Source: Mobula hypostoma (Eukaryota). From it: a stretch of DNA of 64,000 nucleotides. Location of the stretch: assembly GCF_963921235.1 (NCBI RefSeq), contig NC_086107.1, positions 93,746,001-93,810,000 of the forward strand, in the 5' to 3' direction. The position numbers were made by a program, and so were the translations under genes. The notes beneath the pieces were generated by a model, which saw nothing but the letters and a program-made list of their open reading frames with translations, ran no database searches and had not been told where the DNA came from. Positions 24,645-37,105 of the stretch are shown one piece after another. Numbering within the stretch: position 1 is the first letter of the stretch; every line of letters begins with the position of its first letter.

Positions 24645-24835
24645 CTGGCTGGTGGTGTAGTGGCATCAACACTGGACTTTGAGGCGAGTGGTCCCGGGTT
24701 CATATCTGGCCAGCTCCTTGTGTGCTTTCCATCTGTGCTGGGTTGAGCTTTGAGCTATCAACTGGGCCTCATAAAAAAATAGGCAAAATGTTAAAAAAAA
24801 GTGTCAAGGTTATTGCCTGATGAACCACAAGGCAT
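24645..24835 (+). mobile_element. tRNA-derived SINE
   Basis: A-box-like tggtgtagtgg and B-box-like gggttcatatc. Confidence 0.55.
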
Positions 24836-25746
24836 TCTGTTCTAGTAAATGGAGTTTTGTAGTTTAAGTAGATAATTGAGGTTTGTGTCTTTCAGTCTTA
24901 ACAAGCCGTATCCTCAAAACTTTTTGTTGTAATGAAACCATCACTATGTGTCCAATAATATCAGAACCCAAGTGTGGAGAAAAGACAGACTCTAATGTAG
25001 AGACAGTGATGAAAGTTTATTTATTATAATTCCAAAAGAACATCGGTGGCTCAGCGAGTGAGACTGAGAAATGTAACATTCTCAAAACTAGGACCCTGCA
25101 ATTAGCGCTAATCAGGCGTCCACTTAAATGATACAAGTATCACAGAATCCCCAAGCCTTTTAAAGCTTATACAGAAGGCACCAGGTGACCACGTTAAAAA
25201 GAGTGAGTTGCTCGAGAAAAACACAAAGAGCGCTAAATAAACGATTAATGACTCTCGTTGAGCAACAATTAATCAATTCAGGTTCTCTAAAACCTTGGAG
25301 CCCAGCACTCTCCGGTGCCCCGCAGAGGCCCAAAGAGCTCATCACAGACATAATGTACGAATGTTATCCGGCTCCCTGCATAGACTAGAAAGATGTGGGA
25401 TTTGTAGAGAACATCTGCATGTCTGACCTTGTGATGGACGGAAGGTGATGGATGAAGCAAAAGCAGATGGTTGGGCTTCAGGCACTTCCGTGCGGAACTC
25501 CTATAGAGAAGTCCTGGGGCTGGGGTAATTGACCTCCAACAACCACAAGGTGATCCAAACTTTCAGAGAAGCATTTCAAAAGATAGGCAATCAAATCTTC
25601 CATTGCACAAGAAAAAAATCCTCAACAGTGCACAAACTCATGAACACTACATCACTATTCCTCCTTTGCACTACATATTTTATTTACGTTTTAATTACAA
25701 TAATTTATTATGCCTGCTGCCACAAATCAACAAATTTCATGGCTTA

Positions 25747-26475
25747 GAGCACTGTGCAATAGTCTTAGGCACATATATATAGCTATTCGTCAATGTGGAG
25801 TGGAGAGTGAGTTTGTAAATCTGGTAGAAGCAAAGGATGTTGGGGATTTTGAGGGTGGAGTGCCATGGGAGGGGTCATTGGGTGTATTTAAGGCAGAGAT
25901 TGATAGGTATCTGAGTAGCCAGGGCATCAAAGGTTATGGTGAGAAGGCAGGGGAGTGGGACTAAATGGGAGAATGGATCAGCTCATGACAAAATGGTGGA
26001 GCAGACTCAATGGGCCGAATGGCCGACTTCTGCTCCTTTGTCTTATGGTCTTATGGGCATAGAACAGGTGGCAGAGACGGAGTGCCAGGGGTGGGGGGAG
26101 GGTGTGGTGTAGGTGCAGACACATCCAGCTCTGAGACACTAGGCAGGGTCATTTGATTCCAAACAATGGTTTATTGATCATTGCAGAATGTCTGTCTGGT
26201 ACTTCCCACTCCCTCCCCTCTCCCTTCCCCTTTTCCCAACCATGATTCCCCTCTCCCTGCCCCCTTCCCACTCTCAGTCCCTAACAGAGACCCATATCAG
26301 AATCAGGTTTATCATCACTCACATATGTCATGAAATTTGTTTTTCTTTGCAATAGCAGTACAGTGCAATACATAAAATTACTACAGTACTGTGCAAAAGT
26401 CTTAGGCACCCTAGCTCATATATATGTTTGTTTATGTGTGTGTGTGCGTGCACTTAAGACTTTTGCACAGTATGA
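25747..26475 (+). mobile_element. Composite Tc1-type element, copy D, with a CR1 3' fragment inserted (about 25870-26055)
   Basis: Shared cargo; right hairpin tacagtactgtgcaaaagtcttaggcac...cttaagacttttgcacagta. Confidence 0.8.
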
Positions 26476-26739
26476 TATGTCAATGACAAAACACCTGATT
26501 CTGATTCTATTTTTGAGGTGTATGAAATCATGAGGGGTAGAGAAAAAATGAATGCACTCAGTCTTTTCCCTAGGGTTGAGGACTCAAGAACCTAAGGGCG
26601 TAGGAAAGGTTGGATCAGAACTTGAGAAGAAGTTTATCACCAAGGGGGTGGCCCACACATAGAACAAGCAGCTAGAGGAGCCAGGTACACTAACAACATT
26701 GAAAAGATACTTGAACAGGAACGTGGATAGGAAAGATTG

Positions 26740-27225
26740 TTTAAGTTTAGAGAAAATAAGAAGTCAGACATTTGATAGATCCTTTAAATTTGAGCAAATC
26801 TGGCGACCTTTTATCCAATATTTTCATTAAATTTGATTTATTACTCTTTCAATCTTTTTTTTTGAAGTTTTAGATTTGATCAGAAGGTCTTTATTTCTTA
26901 TTTTTGGTCATGTCCTCAAAATGGACTGCCCAGTCCCTTTTTTTCCTTTTTTTTTGTTTTTTTTATATATAGTGTAGTGGTTTTTTTTCCCTCTTCATTC
27001 AAACCTCAATGTTTTTTCTTTTCTCTTCATAAACTGATAAGAGGAGAATTGCTATTTTCATTTTTTTATTATATATTTCGTACTAGTTTAACAATATCTA
27101 TGATTTTAACAATGTTTATCTTAATCTTGGTTTATATTGTTACTGATAGATATATTTGAGATAATTCTCCTCTTGATTGAATTTATGCTCCTTTTAAATC
27201 AATAAAAAGATTAATAAAGAGAGAA
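26740..27225 (+). mobile_element. L1-clade 3' end (ORF2 tail plus T-rich UTR)
   Basis: KIRSQTFDRSFKFEQIWRPFIQYFH*; aataaaaagattaataaaga tail; related copy at 29335-30040. Confidence 0.7.
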
Positions 27226-27279
27226 AGAAAGGAAAGGTTTGGAGGAAAATGGGTCAAACTTGAGCAAAAAAAATTACAG

Positions 27280-27725
27280 ATAAAATGTGCAAGGATGTTG
27301 CCAGGTCTGGAGGACCCAAGTTATAAAGAAAGTTATGACTTTATCCCCTGGAATATAGAAGATTGAAGTGGGATTTAATAGGGGTATACAAAATTATGAG
27401 GGGTATAGATAGGGTAAATGCAAGCAGGCTTTTTCCACAGAAGTTGGGTGGGATTACACTAGGGTCATGGGTCAAGGGCGAAAGGTGAAAAGTTTAAGGG
27501 CCAGCTTCTTCACTCAGAGGGCGGTGAGAGTGTGGAACGAGCAGCCAGCGCAAGAGGTGCATGCGATTTTGATTTCAGTTTTTAAGTCAGTTTGGACAGG
27601 TACGTAGATGGGAAGGGTAAAAAGGGCTATGGTCTGAGTGCAGGAACTAGGCAGTTGAAATGGTTCAGCACAGAATGGATGGGCCAAAGGGCTATAGTTT
27701 TCTACAACTCCATGACTCTAAATAG
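27280..27725 (+). mobile_element. CR1 3' fragment
   Basis: Similar to 43700-44170 (gcaagcaggctttttccac, gtgtggaacgagc). Confidence 0.7.
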
Positions 27726-28256
27726 GTCTAGCTTAGATGAAGATCTTGGACAATATGGATGAATTGGCCTAAGGGTCTGTTTCTATGACTACACCAAAAA
27801 CTCTGCAGTGAACTGCATCTAATAAACTTACAGAACCAATGAATCCTTGTTCTGGTATCACACTTTCCACATTCCCTAGGAGGGGCAACACAGCCTGACG
27901 TGGATTCAGTGGGCACAACTTGCAGGTCTGGGAAACCTGTGGAAATTCTCACTGTTTCCTGTGATGTGGGTCAGGAGCATCTGGGAAAGGTGGGAAGTTC
28001 CACCAACAGATCAGGAACCCAGGGATTTTCTGGACAAACTTGGGTCATCCCAGGTTTAGGAACTGAGGTCACCAGGGAATGAGGGACACATAGAAAGATG
28101 GAGGAAAGAAGAGGATAATGCAGGTGGAGATGACACATCTCATTATGACATGAGATTGTAGAGACCAAGTACTGAAAGGCCTGGATAGAGTGGACCTGGA
28201 GAGGATGTTTCCAATAGTGGAGCCTGGGATCTGAAGGCACAGACACAGAATAAAGA

Positions 28257-28815
28257 GACATAGAAACATAGAAACATAGAAAATAGGTGCAGGAGTAGGC
28301 CATTCGGCCCTTCGAGCCTGCACCGCCATTTAGTACGATCATGGCTGATCATCCAACTCAGAACCCTGTACCTGCCTCCTCTCCATAACCCTGATCCCTT
28401 TAGCCACAAGGGCCATATCTAACTCCCTCTTAAATATAGCCAATGAACTGGCCTCAACTGTTTCCTGTGGCAAAGAATTCCACAGATTCAACACTCTCTC
28501 TGTGTGAAGAGGTTTTTCCTCATCTTGGTCCTAAAAGGCTTCCCCTTTATCCTCAAACTGTGACCCCTCATTCTGGACTTCCCCAACATTGGGAACAATC
28601 TTCCTGCATCTAGCCTGTCCAATCCTTTTAGAATTTTATACATTTCAATCAGATCCCCCCTCAATCTTCTAAATTCCAGAGAGTATAAGCCTAGTCAATC
28701 CAGTCTTTCATCATATGAAAGTCCTGCCATCCCAGGAATCAATCTGGTGAACCTTCTTTGTACTCCCTCTATGGCAAGAATGTCTTTCCTCAGATCAGGG
28801 GACCAATACTGCACA
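28257..28815 (-). mobile_element. CR1 3' fragment, same subfamily as 22396-23609
   Basis: Near-identical to 22396-22945, including the (catagaaa)n tail. Confidence 0.9.
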
Positions 28816-28879
28816 CAATAATCCCTTTACAACTGAGATAAGGAGGAATTCCTTCAGCCAGAGATGGTGAAATTGTTTA

Positions 28880-29090
28880 GAGATACTGCGCAGGAACAGG
28901 ACTTTCCAATTACAACCCAGTGACCAATTAACCTGCTCAGCCGACATGTTTGGAATGTAACGGGGGAAACCGGAGTCCTCAGAAAAACCCACGGGGAGGA
29001 TGGATGAACTCCTCACAGACAGCGGCGGGAATCGAACCCAGGGCGCTGGCTCTGTAATGCATTACTCTAATCACTACAGTACTGTGCCGG
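28880..29090 (-). mobile_element. V-SINE (HE1-like)
   Basis: gggaaaccggag..aaaacccacg..aactcctcacagacagcggcgggaatcgaaccc (B box on the minus strand). Confidence 0.65.
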
Positions 29091-29334
29091 GCTGTGGAGT
29101 CTGCGGAGTTTGCCGCCACAGAGGAACGCGGAGGCCAAATCTGTGGGTGTACTTAAGGCAGAGATTGACAGGGTCCTGGTTGGGAAAGGGAGTTAAAGAT
29201 TACAGGGAGAATAGGATTGAGGAAAGAAGGTCAGCCATGATTAATTGGTAGGACAGACTCAATGGGCTGAATGGCCAAATTCTACTCCTGACTCTTATGC
29301 CCACCTGGTGGTGAGTTTAAGTTACCAGTGTGAC

Positions 29335-30040
29335 CTTCTATTCAATATTTTCATTTGATTTGATTTATTACTCTTCCAATTATTTCTTTTTCAAAGTTTT
29401 AGATTTGATCAGAAAGTATTTCCCTTTTTTTTGGTCGTATCCTCAGAATGGACTGCCCAGTCCCTTTTTGTTTCCTTTTATTATATAGTGTAGTGTTTTT
29501 TTCCTTCTTCATTTAAAAATTTAAAGTTTTTTTCTCTCTCCATGAATTGGTAAGAGGAGAATTAGCTGTCTTCTTTTTTATTATATACTGCATATTAGCT
29601 TAATGTTATGTATGATTTTGATAATGTCTATTTCACTTTCTGTTTGTATTGTTATTGATATATATATTTGTGTTGGCACGTGGCCAAGTGGTTAAGGCAT
29701 TCATCTAGTGATTTGAAGGTCGCTAGTTCGAACCTTGGCTGAGGCAGCGTGTTGTGCCCTTGAGCAAGGCACTTAACCACACATTGCTCTGCAACGACAC
29801 CGGTGCCAAGCTGTATGGGTCCGAATGCCCTTCCCTCAGACAACATCGGTGGTGTGGAGAGGGGAGACTTGCAGCATGGACAACTGCCAGTCTTCCATAC
29901 AACCTTGCCCAGACCTGCCACGGTCTCACGAGACTAACGGATGCCTACATATATATATATATATATTTGAGATAATTCTCCTCTTGTTTGTATATATGCT
30001 CTTTTTAAATCAATAAAAAGATTAATAAAGAAAAGAAAGA
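29335..30040 (+). mobile_element. L1-clade 3' UTR fragment with a nested SINE
   Basis: Collinear with 26810-27225; the SINE is flanked by duplicated tatatatttg. Confidence 0.7.
29671..29948 (+). mobile_element. tRNA-derived SINE
   Basis: A box tggccaagtgg, B box agttcgaacc; near-identical copies at 41178-41482 (-) and 42271-42572 (+). Confidence 0.85.
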
Positions 30041-30049
30041 AAGTTACCA

Positions 30050-30520
30050 GTATGATAATCACCATCATCATCACCACTATGTTCCATGTCACATGACATG
30101 AGCAATCATGGTCTTCCACCTGTCTTTAATCTGATCGTTGCCTGCGGGGTACACCCCGTTCACACTGCTGTTCCTATTCTTTCCTCTATCCATGACCAGG
30201 ATTGTTCTTGACAAATTTTGCTACAGAAGTGGTTTGCCATTGGCTTCTTCCGGGCAGTGTCTTTACAAGAGGGGTGACCCCTGCCATTATCAAAACTCTT
30301 CGGAGATTGTCTGCCTGGCGTCACTGGTCGCATAACCAAGACTTGTGCACCAGCTGCTCATATGACCCGCCCCCATGGTTTCACATGACCCTGATCGGGG
30401 TGGGGGGGGGGTGGGGGAGCAGATGCTACACTTTGCCCAAGAGTGACCTGCAGACTTGTGGAGGGAAGGAATGCCTTACACCTCCTTCGGTAGAGACGTA
30501 TCTCCACCTTGCCACCCAAG
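30050..30520 (-). mobile_element. Non-autonomous RTE-tailed element
   Basis: RTE-like 3' ggcaaaccacttctgtag..aagaacaat and (TGA)n tail; copies at 36765-37105 and 53950-54330. Confidence 0.65.
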
Positions 30521-31092
30521 TGTGATATTAACGATACTAAAACAGGAGTAACTCAGGCTGTGAGAAACCTTCACTGACAGGTAATTAACGAATCGTGCCT
30601 ATTATGCATTTATACAGCGTTCAGTTAATGGTTTCGTAATTGTGGATTTTGGGTTGTCAGAAAATGAAATTTCCTCTGACAGAGTATCTGGTGGCAATAG
30701 ATCAAGACATCCTCCATTTCTAATTAATAACAGAAGGGTTTTTATAATGAGGCTAGGACAGAAGTATTTTACTCTGCATGGAAGCTGTTTGGGATGGAGA
30801 CACGAGAGAAGAGTTGTTTGGCACACTCCATAATTCCATGCTGGAGCACGACAGTGACACTCTGTCTGACAAACCGAGGCGGAATAGATCCATCAAGTTG
30901 AGAGGCCTGTGAGAGCAACTTGCTGGGTTTTTAGACTCCAAACCAGAATCAGGTTTATTACCACTAACTTAACGACGCAAAATTTATTGTTCTGCGGCTG
31001 CAGGATGGTGAAAAGACATAAAATTACTATAAATTGCAAAATTAACTAAACGATGCAAAGTAGCAGAATAATGAGATGGTGTTCATGGAATA

Positions 31093-31290
31093 ACACGGTA
31101 GTGTAGAGGTTAGTGTAATGCTTTACAGTGCCAGCGACCCAGGTTCAAATCCCTTCCCTGTCTGTAAGGAGTTTATAGGGTCCGCCCGTGACCGTATGGA
31201 TTTCCTCTGAGTACTCTGGTTTCCTCCCACATTCCAAACGTTTACAGGTCAGGTTTAATAAGTTGTAGGCATGTTATAGCTGGCACTTGA
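31093..31290 (+). mobile_element. V-SINE (HE1-like)
   Basis: cacggtagtgtagaggttag..ggttcaaatcc..ggtttcctcccacattccaaa. Confidence 0.7.
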
Positions 31291-31364
31291 TGGTACATGC
31301 TTTAAGGCTTTTGTATTTTCCGTTTTTATTTCAGATTTCCGGCATCTGCGGGTTTATTTGACAA

Positions 31365-31745
31365 TCCATAAGACATAGGAGCAGGATTAGGCCATTCAAA
31401 CTATCAAATCTTCGCCATTCCATCACAGCTGATTTATAAACGTCTCCACCCCATTCTCCTGCCTTTGACACCCTTACTAATCAAGAACTGATCATCCTCC
31501 ACCGTAAACACACCCAAAGATGTGGCCTCCGCAGCCATCTGTGGCGATGAATTCCACAGATTCACCACCCTCTGGCTGAAGAACTTCCTCCTCCTCTATT
31601 CCTAAAGGGACGTCCTTGTCCAGAGGACAACAAGACAAGACGTAGAAGAAGGGAGTGCCCTCTAACACGTTCTCTCCACATCCACTCTATCTTGGCCTTT
31701 CTGTATTTGATAGGTTTTAATAAGACTCCCCCCCCTCATTCTTCC
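31365..31745 (-). mobile_element. CR1 3' fragment
   Basis: cataagacataggagcaggattaggcc tail; gaattccacagattcaccaccctc. Confidence 0.7.
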
Positions 31746-32193
31746 ACCCCCCAACTATCTTCATATCATCTGTACTTTCACTTTCTCTTCAAAAAGTAGT
31801 TATTATGCTGCCTTAACCTTGATACTTGCCTTAAAAGCAAACAATTTAGAAGGAACTGCACCTTCCTAATATTTCTCCTTATTTAAATCGCTCCTACGTA
31901 TTTAACAAAGGCTTAGTTTGTTCCCCTTGATGTCTCCGTCTGCGCCTCAGGGTCAGATCTTGCTTGACAATAGCTCTTATGAAATTGATAGTGATGTTTT
32001 GTTATATTAACAACACTATATAAATACAAGCTGTTATGCCTGGCTGGATGCTATTCCGAAATTCAGTCAGGGCTCTGGGGTTTTGATCCTGTATCCATGG
32101 GATGCTACCTCAATGTTAAATTGGTAAATTGGTTTATCATTGTCAAGTGTACCAAGGCACAGTGGAAAAATGTTGTTTTGCATGCCATCTATA

Positions 32194-32745
32194 TACAATA
32201 CTGTGCACAAGTCTTAGGAACATAAACATAGCTAAGTTGCCTAAGACTTTTGCACAGTACTGTAGTAATTTTATGTATTGCCCTGTACTGCTGCCGCAAA
32301 AAAAGAAACAAATTTCATGATATCTGTGAGTGATGATAAACCTGATTCTGATATGGGTCTCTATTGTGGACTGAGAGTGGGAAGGGGGCAGGGAGAGGGG
32401 AAACATGGTTGGGAAAAGGGGAAGGGAGAGGGGAGGAAGCGGGAAGCACCAGAGAGACATTCTGTAATGATCAACAAACCAATTGTTTGGAATCAAATGA
32501 CCTTGCCTGTATCTCAGGGCTGGGTGTGTCTGCACCCCCACCCCGAACCTCCTGGCACTCCTTCTCTGCCACCTGCACCACGCCCCTTCCCGCGGTGCTC
32601 CACCCTCGCCATTCCCAACAACCTTTGTTCCCGCCAGATTTACAGACTCGTTCTCGATTCCACCACATTGAAAACTACAGTGCTGTGCAAACCTCTTAGG
32701 CACCCTAGTGGTGTATATGAGCCTAAGACTTTTGCACAGTGCAGT
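32194..32745 (-). mobile_element. Composite Tc1-type element, copy E (complete)
   Basis: Hairpin modules at 32194-32264 and 32676-32745 around the shared cargo. Confidence 0.85.
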
Positions 32746-32749
32746 AGAA

Positions 32750-33775
32750 CATTTTATTACACAGTGCATAGAGGTTGTACAAGGGAAAACAATAACAGAA
32801 TGCAGAATAAAGTGTTATAGTTACAGAAAGGATGCAGTGCAGATAGACAATAAGGTTCAAGGGCCTCGATAAGGTAGATTGTAAGACTGAGTCCATTTTA
32901 CTGTACTAGGAGACCATTTAAGAGTCCTATAACAATGGGATACAAACTCTGCTTGAGCTTGGTGGGATGTGCTTTCAGGCTTTTGTATTTCTGCCCAATG
33001 GGAGGGAGGGAGGGAGAAGAAAAAATACCTGGGGTGATCTTTGATTATGTTGGCTGCTTTCCTGAGGCAGTGAGAAGTGTAGACAGAGCCCAGAGAGGGG
33101 AGGCTGGTTTCCGTCATGTGCTGAGCTGTGTCCACATCTCTCCGCGGTTTGTTAGGGTTACACACAGAACAGTCGCCATAGCAACCTGAGGAGCATCGGG
33201 ATAGGGTGCTTTCTGTGGTGCATTAATAAAAATTGCTGGGGGTCGACAGGGACATGCCGAATTTCTTTAGGCTTCTGGTGAACAAAAAGCTATAGTGTGA
33301 TTTTGTGACTATAGCATTTAGGTGATTGGACCAGGGCAGGCTGTTGGTGATCCTCGCTCCTGGGAACTTGAAACTCTCAATCCTCTTGACCTCAGCACCG
33401 CCGTTGTAAAGAGGACCTTGTTCACCATCTCACTGCAGGATAGAAGCTATGCTTGGGCCTGGAGATACTACTTTCAAGCTTCTGGCTCCTCCGCCTGGTG
33501 GAAGAGGGAAGAAGAGGGAACGTCCGCAGTGGGAGGTGTTCCCAATGGTGTTGGATCTTTTCCTGAGTCAGCGTAAGAAGTGTAGATGGAGTCCCTGGAG
33601 GGGAGGCTGGTCTTTGTGATGGATTGGGCTGTGTCCACAAATCTCTGCAGTTTTGTGTGCTCTTGGGCAGAGCTGCACTGCGTTGGGTAGGACGTTGTAA
33701 CGATGCATCGTAAGTGAGGGCCAAGGAGGACGTGCCGAAATCTCCTTGGCCTTCTGAGGAAGTGGGGGCGAGAGT
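32750..33775 (-). mobile_element. Decayed Rex/Babar- or L2-type LINE 3' fragments
   Basis: Remnants VDTAQHMTETSLPSLGSVYTSHCLRKAANIIKD and LQRFVDTAQSITKTSLPS. Confidence 0.6.
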
Positions 33776-33897
33776 GCTGATGCTCCCCAGCACTGAGGGG
33801 TGACCTTACAGAGGTGTATAAAATCATGAAGACCAGAGACAGGGGGGGAGGCTCACAGGCTTTTTCCCAGGGAAGGGGATCTAAACACTGGAAGACA

Positions 33898-34280
33898 TAC
33901 AGTACTGTGCAAAAGTCTACGACACATTCATATAGCTAGGGTGTCTAAGGCTTTTGCACAGTACTGTAGTATTTTATGTACCGCACTATAGCGCTGCCAC
34001 AGAAAAAACTATTTCATGACACATGTGAGTGATGATAAACCTGATTCTGATATGGGTCTCTATCGTGGACTGAGAGTGGGAAGGGGACAGGGAGAGGGGC
34101 ATCAAGGTCAGGGAAAGAGGAAGGGAGACTGGAGGGAGCAGGAAGCACCAGAGAGACATTCTGTAATGGTCAATAAACCAATTGTTTGGAATCAAACAAC
34201 CATGCCAGGTGTCTCAGGGCTGGGTGTCTCTGCGCCCGCGCCAACCCCCACCTCTGCTATCTGCCCCACACCCCTCCCAA
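33898..34280 (-). mobile_element. Composite Tc1-type element, copy F (partial)
   Basis: Hairpin tacagtactgtgcaaaagtc...gcttttgcacagtactgta at 33898-33968 plus part of the cargo. Confidence 0.8.
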
Positions 34281-35124
34281 CGGTGAAAGGTGAAAGGTGA
34301 AAGTCACAGACTTCCATTTTGTGGGGCCAGGCTGGTTTAACTCAAGCTCTGATCCCCAACCAGACCTTTTGCTCTGAAAGTTCATCCCCCGACCCCCACC
34401 CACCAATATATGAAATGACCACAGATGCAGGTTTCAAAAACAATTTAACCTTCCAGTCCACCTTTTAGTTGAGAACAGCTCAAGAAGAGTGCTGGAGACA
34501 ATAGAGATTCCACAGATGGAGGGAAATCTGGTGTACCACAAATAAAATGCTGGAGGAACTCAGCAGGTCAGGCAGCATCCATGGACAGAAATAAACTGTT
34601 GACTCTTCAGGCTGAGACCCTTTATCAGGATTGAAATACCAACCATTCATTTCTCTCCATAGATGCTGCTTGACTTGACTGAGTTCCTCCAGCATTTTGT
34701 GAGTGTCGCTGAAGAAGAGTCTATCAGATCCCATCTTTGACACTGTCCCAGAGCTGCCAGAGCTGGGGTTCAAAGCAAAGCACACCCCCTCCTGTACAGC
34801 GGCAAGGCAGATGCTGACGGTCGGAACACACCTCGCCTCCTCTCACCCTCCCTCACACATCTCACACCCCCCTCGCACCTCACCCCTACCTCCTACGCTG
34901 AACAGGCAAGGCCATTGTGACAGGGTGTGGCTCCAGGCAACAAGCATTTAAGGTCCAACCCCAGAGGTTAGAACGCAGAATTTGAAGCCTCCACGAGGGG
35001 CACATTTTTTACCCAGAGAGTGGGAGGTGTCTGGAATGGATTGCTGGGTTAGTAGTGGAATCAGGCACTGTGGAGGAGTTCATGAGGGCTTTTAGATGGA
35101 CAGGCGAATACAAAGGGAAGGGAT

Positions 35125-35410
35125 GGCTAGTGTAGCGCTTTCCAGCCAGCACCAGCATTCCCGGTTTGATTCCCGCTGCCTGTCTGTACAGTTTGTACGT
35201 TCTCCCTGTGACTGCGTGGTTTTCCTCCCAGTGCTCCAGTTTCTTCCCACGTCCTCCAACCCTACGGGTTAGGGGGGAAAATTCCACGTTGATGCCAGAA
35301 GCGTGGCGACTCTTGCCGGCTGCCCCAGCAGTTCCGCGGACTGTGTTGGCTGCTGGCGCAAATAGCGCGTTTCACCGTAAGTTTCAACATACATGTGGCA
35401 AATAAATCCA
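35125..35410 (+). mobile_element. V-SINE (HE1-like)
   Basis: gtttgtacgttctccctgtgactgcgtggttttcctcc..tgctccagtttcttcccac. Confidence 0.65.
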
Positions 35411-36764
35411 GACTTTAATAAGAACGACGCACAGGAGAAGGGCCATCAGTATAAATGGGCATGGAGATCAGCACACCATCGTGGGCCGAACTACCTGCCC
35501 CAGTGCTGTGCTGTTCGATGCTGGATTTGTAAAGTAAAGCAGGTTTTTAAAGAACACGCGCGCGCTCCAGCTTTGCCCTGAGCAAGGTTATCAGAATGCC
35601 TCGGAGATCCCAGTGCACGCAGGGGAACCTGCAAATGCCTGTGATGGGGAAAGTTACGGTAACAGATTGATACAAACTAACACCCCTGCTATAAATAAAG
35701 TAATTGCAGACGACAGCTCAATCTCAGCTACCTGTTATTTTACATATAAATTAGCGAAGCACTTGATTAGTTTACAGGCTGCAGATCACCCTAGGTTTAT
35801 GTCGGTCTATATATAAATCATACAAACCCCTCAATCCTCCCGCCAAGTATCAGCTATTCCGCATAAAGACTACTGACACATTTTACTCAGGTAACACTCT
35901 CGTAGCTCTTTAAATAGACTCCAGTCTGTAGCTCCTGTTGGGGTGCTTTTCATATTAGATTTGAGCCTGAAATCACATCTAGATAGTTGATATTCTTTCC
36001 ATAAACCTCTCCACCTGCTCGAGCCCCTTCGATTCCAAATATTAAACATAGTACAGGAACAGGCCTTTCGGCCTGCTTGCCAATTTATACTCTTCCTTCA
36101 CCACCACGCCCCCCCCGCCCCACCTTCTTGCTGTGGCTTCTTCCCCCTTCCCTTCCAGGCCCGATGAAGGGTTTCAGCCCAAAATGTCGACTCTTTATTC
36201 CCCTCCATAGATCCTGCCTGGCCTGCTGAGTTGCTCTCGCATTTTGTATGTCTTGCCCTGGATTTCCAGCATCTGCAGAATCTCTTGTGTCTAGGGAGTT
36301 GAAAGGAGGTGTGGCAGGTATCTGGACTGTGCTGGCAGAGGCAGATTCCAGAGAGGCATTTAAGAGGGTTTTAGATGGACATGTGAATGTGCAGAGTGAA
36401 GTGGCAAGTACCATATGAACGATATCATGTGCAGAATCTCTTGTGTTTATGATCTTCAATGCACAGTGTTGTGCTGAATTAATTAAGCTGGTAATCAAAT
36501 GACCTCCCAAACTAATCCGTTCTGCCTACAAAACGTCCACATCCCTCCATTCTCTGCACATTCATGTGCCTACCTAAGGGCCGCTAAGATGCCTCTATCA
36601 TATTTTCCCCCACCAATACCCCCGGCAGTGCCTTCCAGACACCCACGCCCCTCTGAACAAAAGCTTTGCCCCACACACCTCCTTTGAATTTACCCCCTCT
36701 CACCCTAAATGCATGCCCTCTAGTAAAGAAAAAGATTAGCTTTAATAGTCATTGTATAACGGAG

Positions 36765-37105
36765 GCGGATTGGAGACACGTCTCTACCAAAGGAGGTGTA
36801 AGTATTCCTTCCCTCCGCTAACCTGCAGTTCACCCTTGGGCAAAGTGTAGCACCTTCTCAGCCGCCCGATCAGGGTCCCGTGAAGCCATGGGAGCAGCTG
36901 GTGCACATCACAATTCCTGGTTATGTGACCACTGACACCAGGCAGACAATCTCTGAAGAGAATTGATAATGGCCGGGGTCACCCGTCTTGTAAAGACACT
37001 GCCCAGAAGAAGTCAATGGCAAACCACTTCTGTAGAAAAACTTGCCAAGAACAACCATGGTCACGGAAAGACGACGATCACCCATGTCATACGACAGGGC
37101 ACGTG
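36765..37105 (+). mobile_element. Non-autonomous RTE-tailed element
   Basis: Same family as 30050-30520. Confidence 0.65.

Noticed and set aside
29671..29750. tRNA gene
   Set aside because: A and B boxes are present, but there is no full cloverleaf and it continues into a SINE body found in three copies
32143..32820. Recurrent ORFs (MIPNNWF..., SDDKPDSDMGL...) suggesting a multicopy protein family
   Set aside because: Chance frames in the composite-element cargo; starts, stops and frames differ among copies
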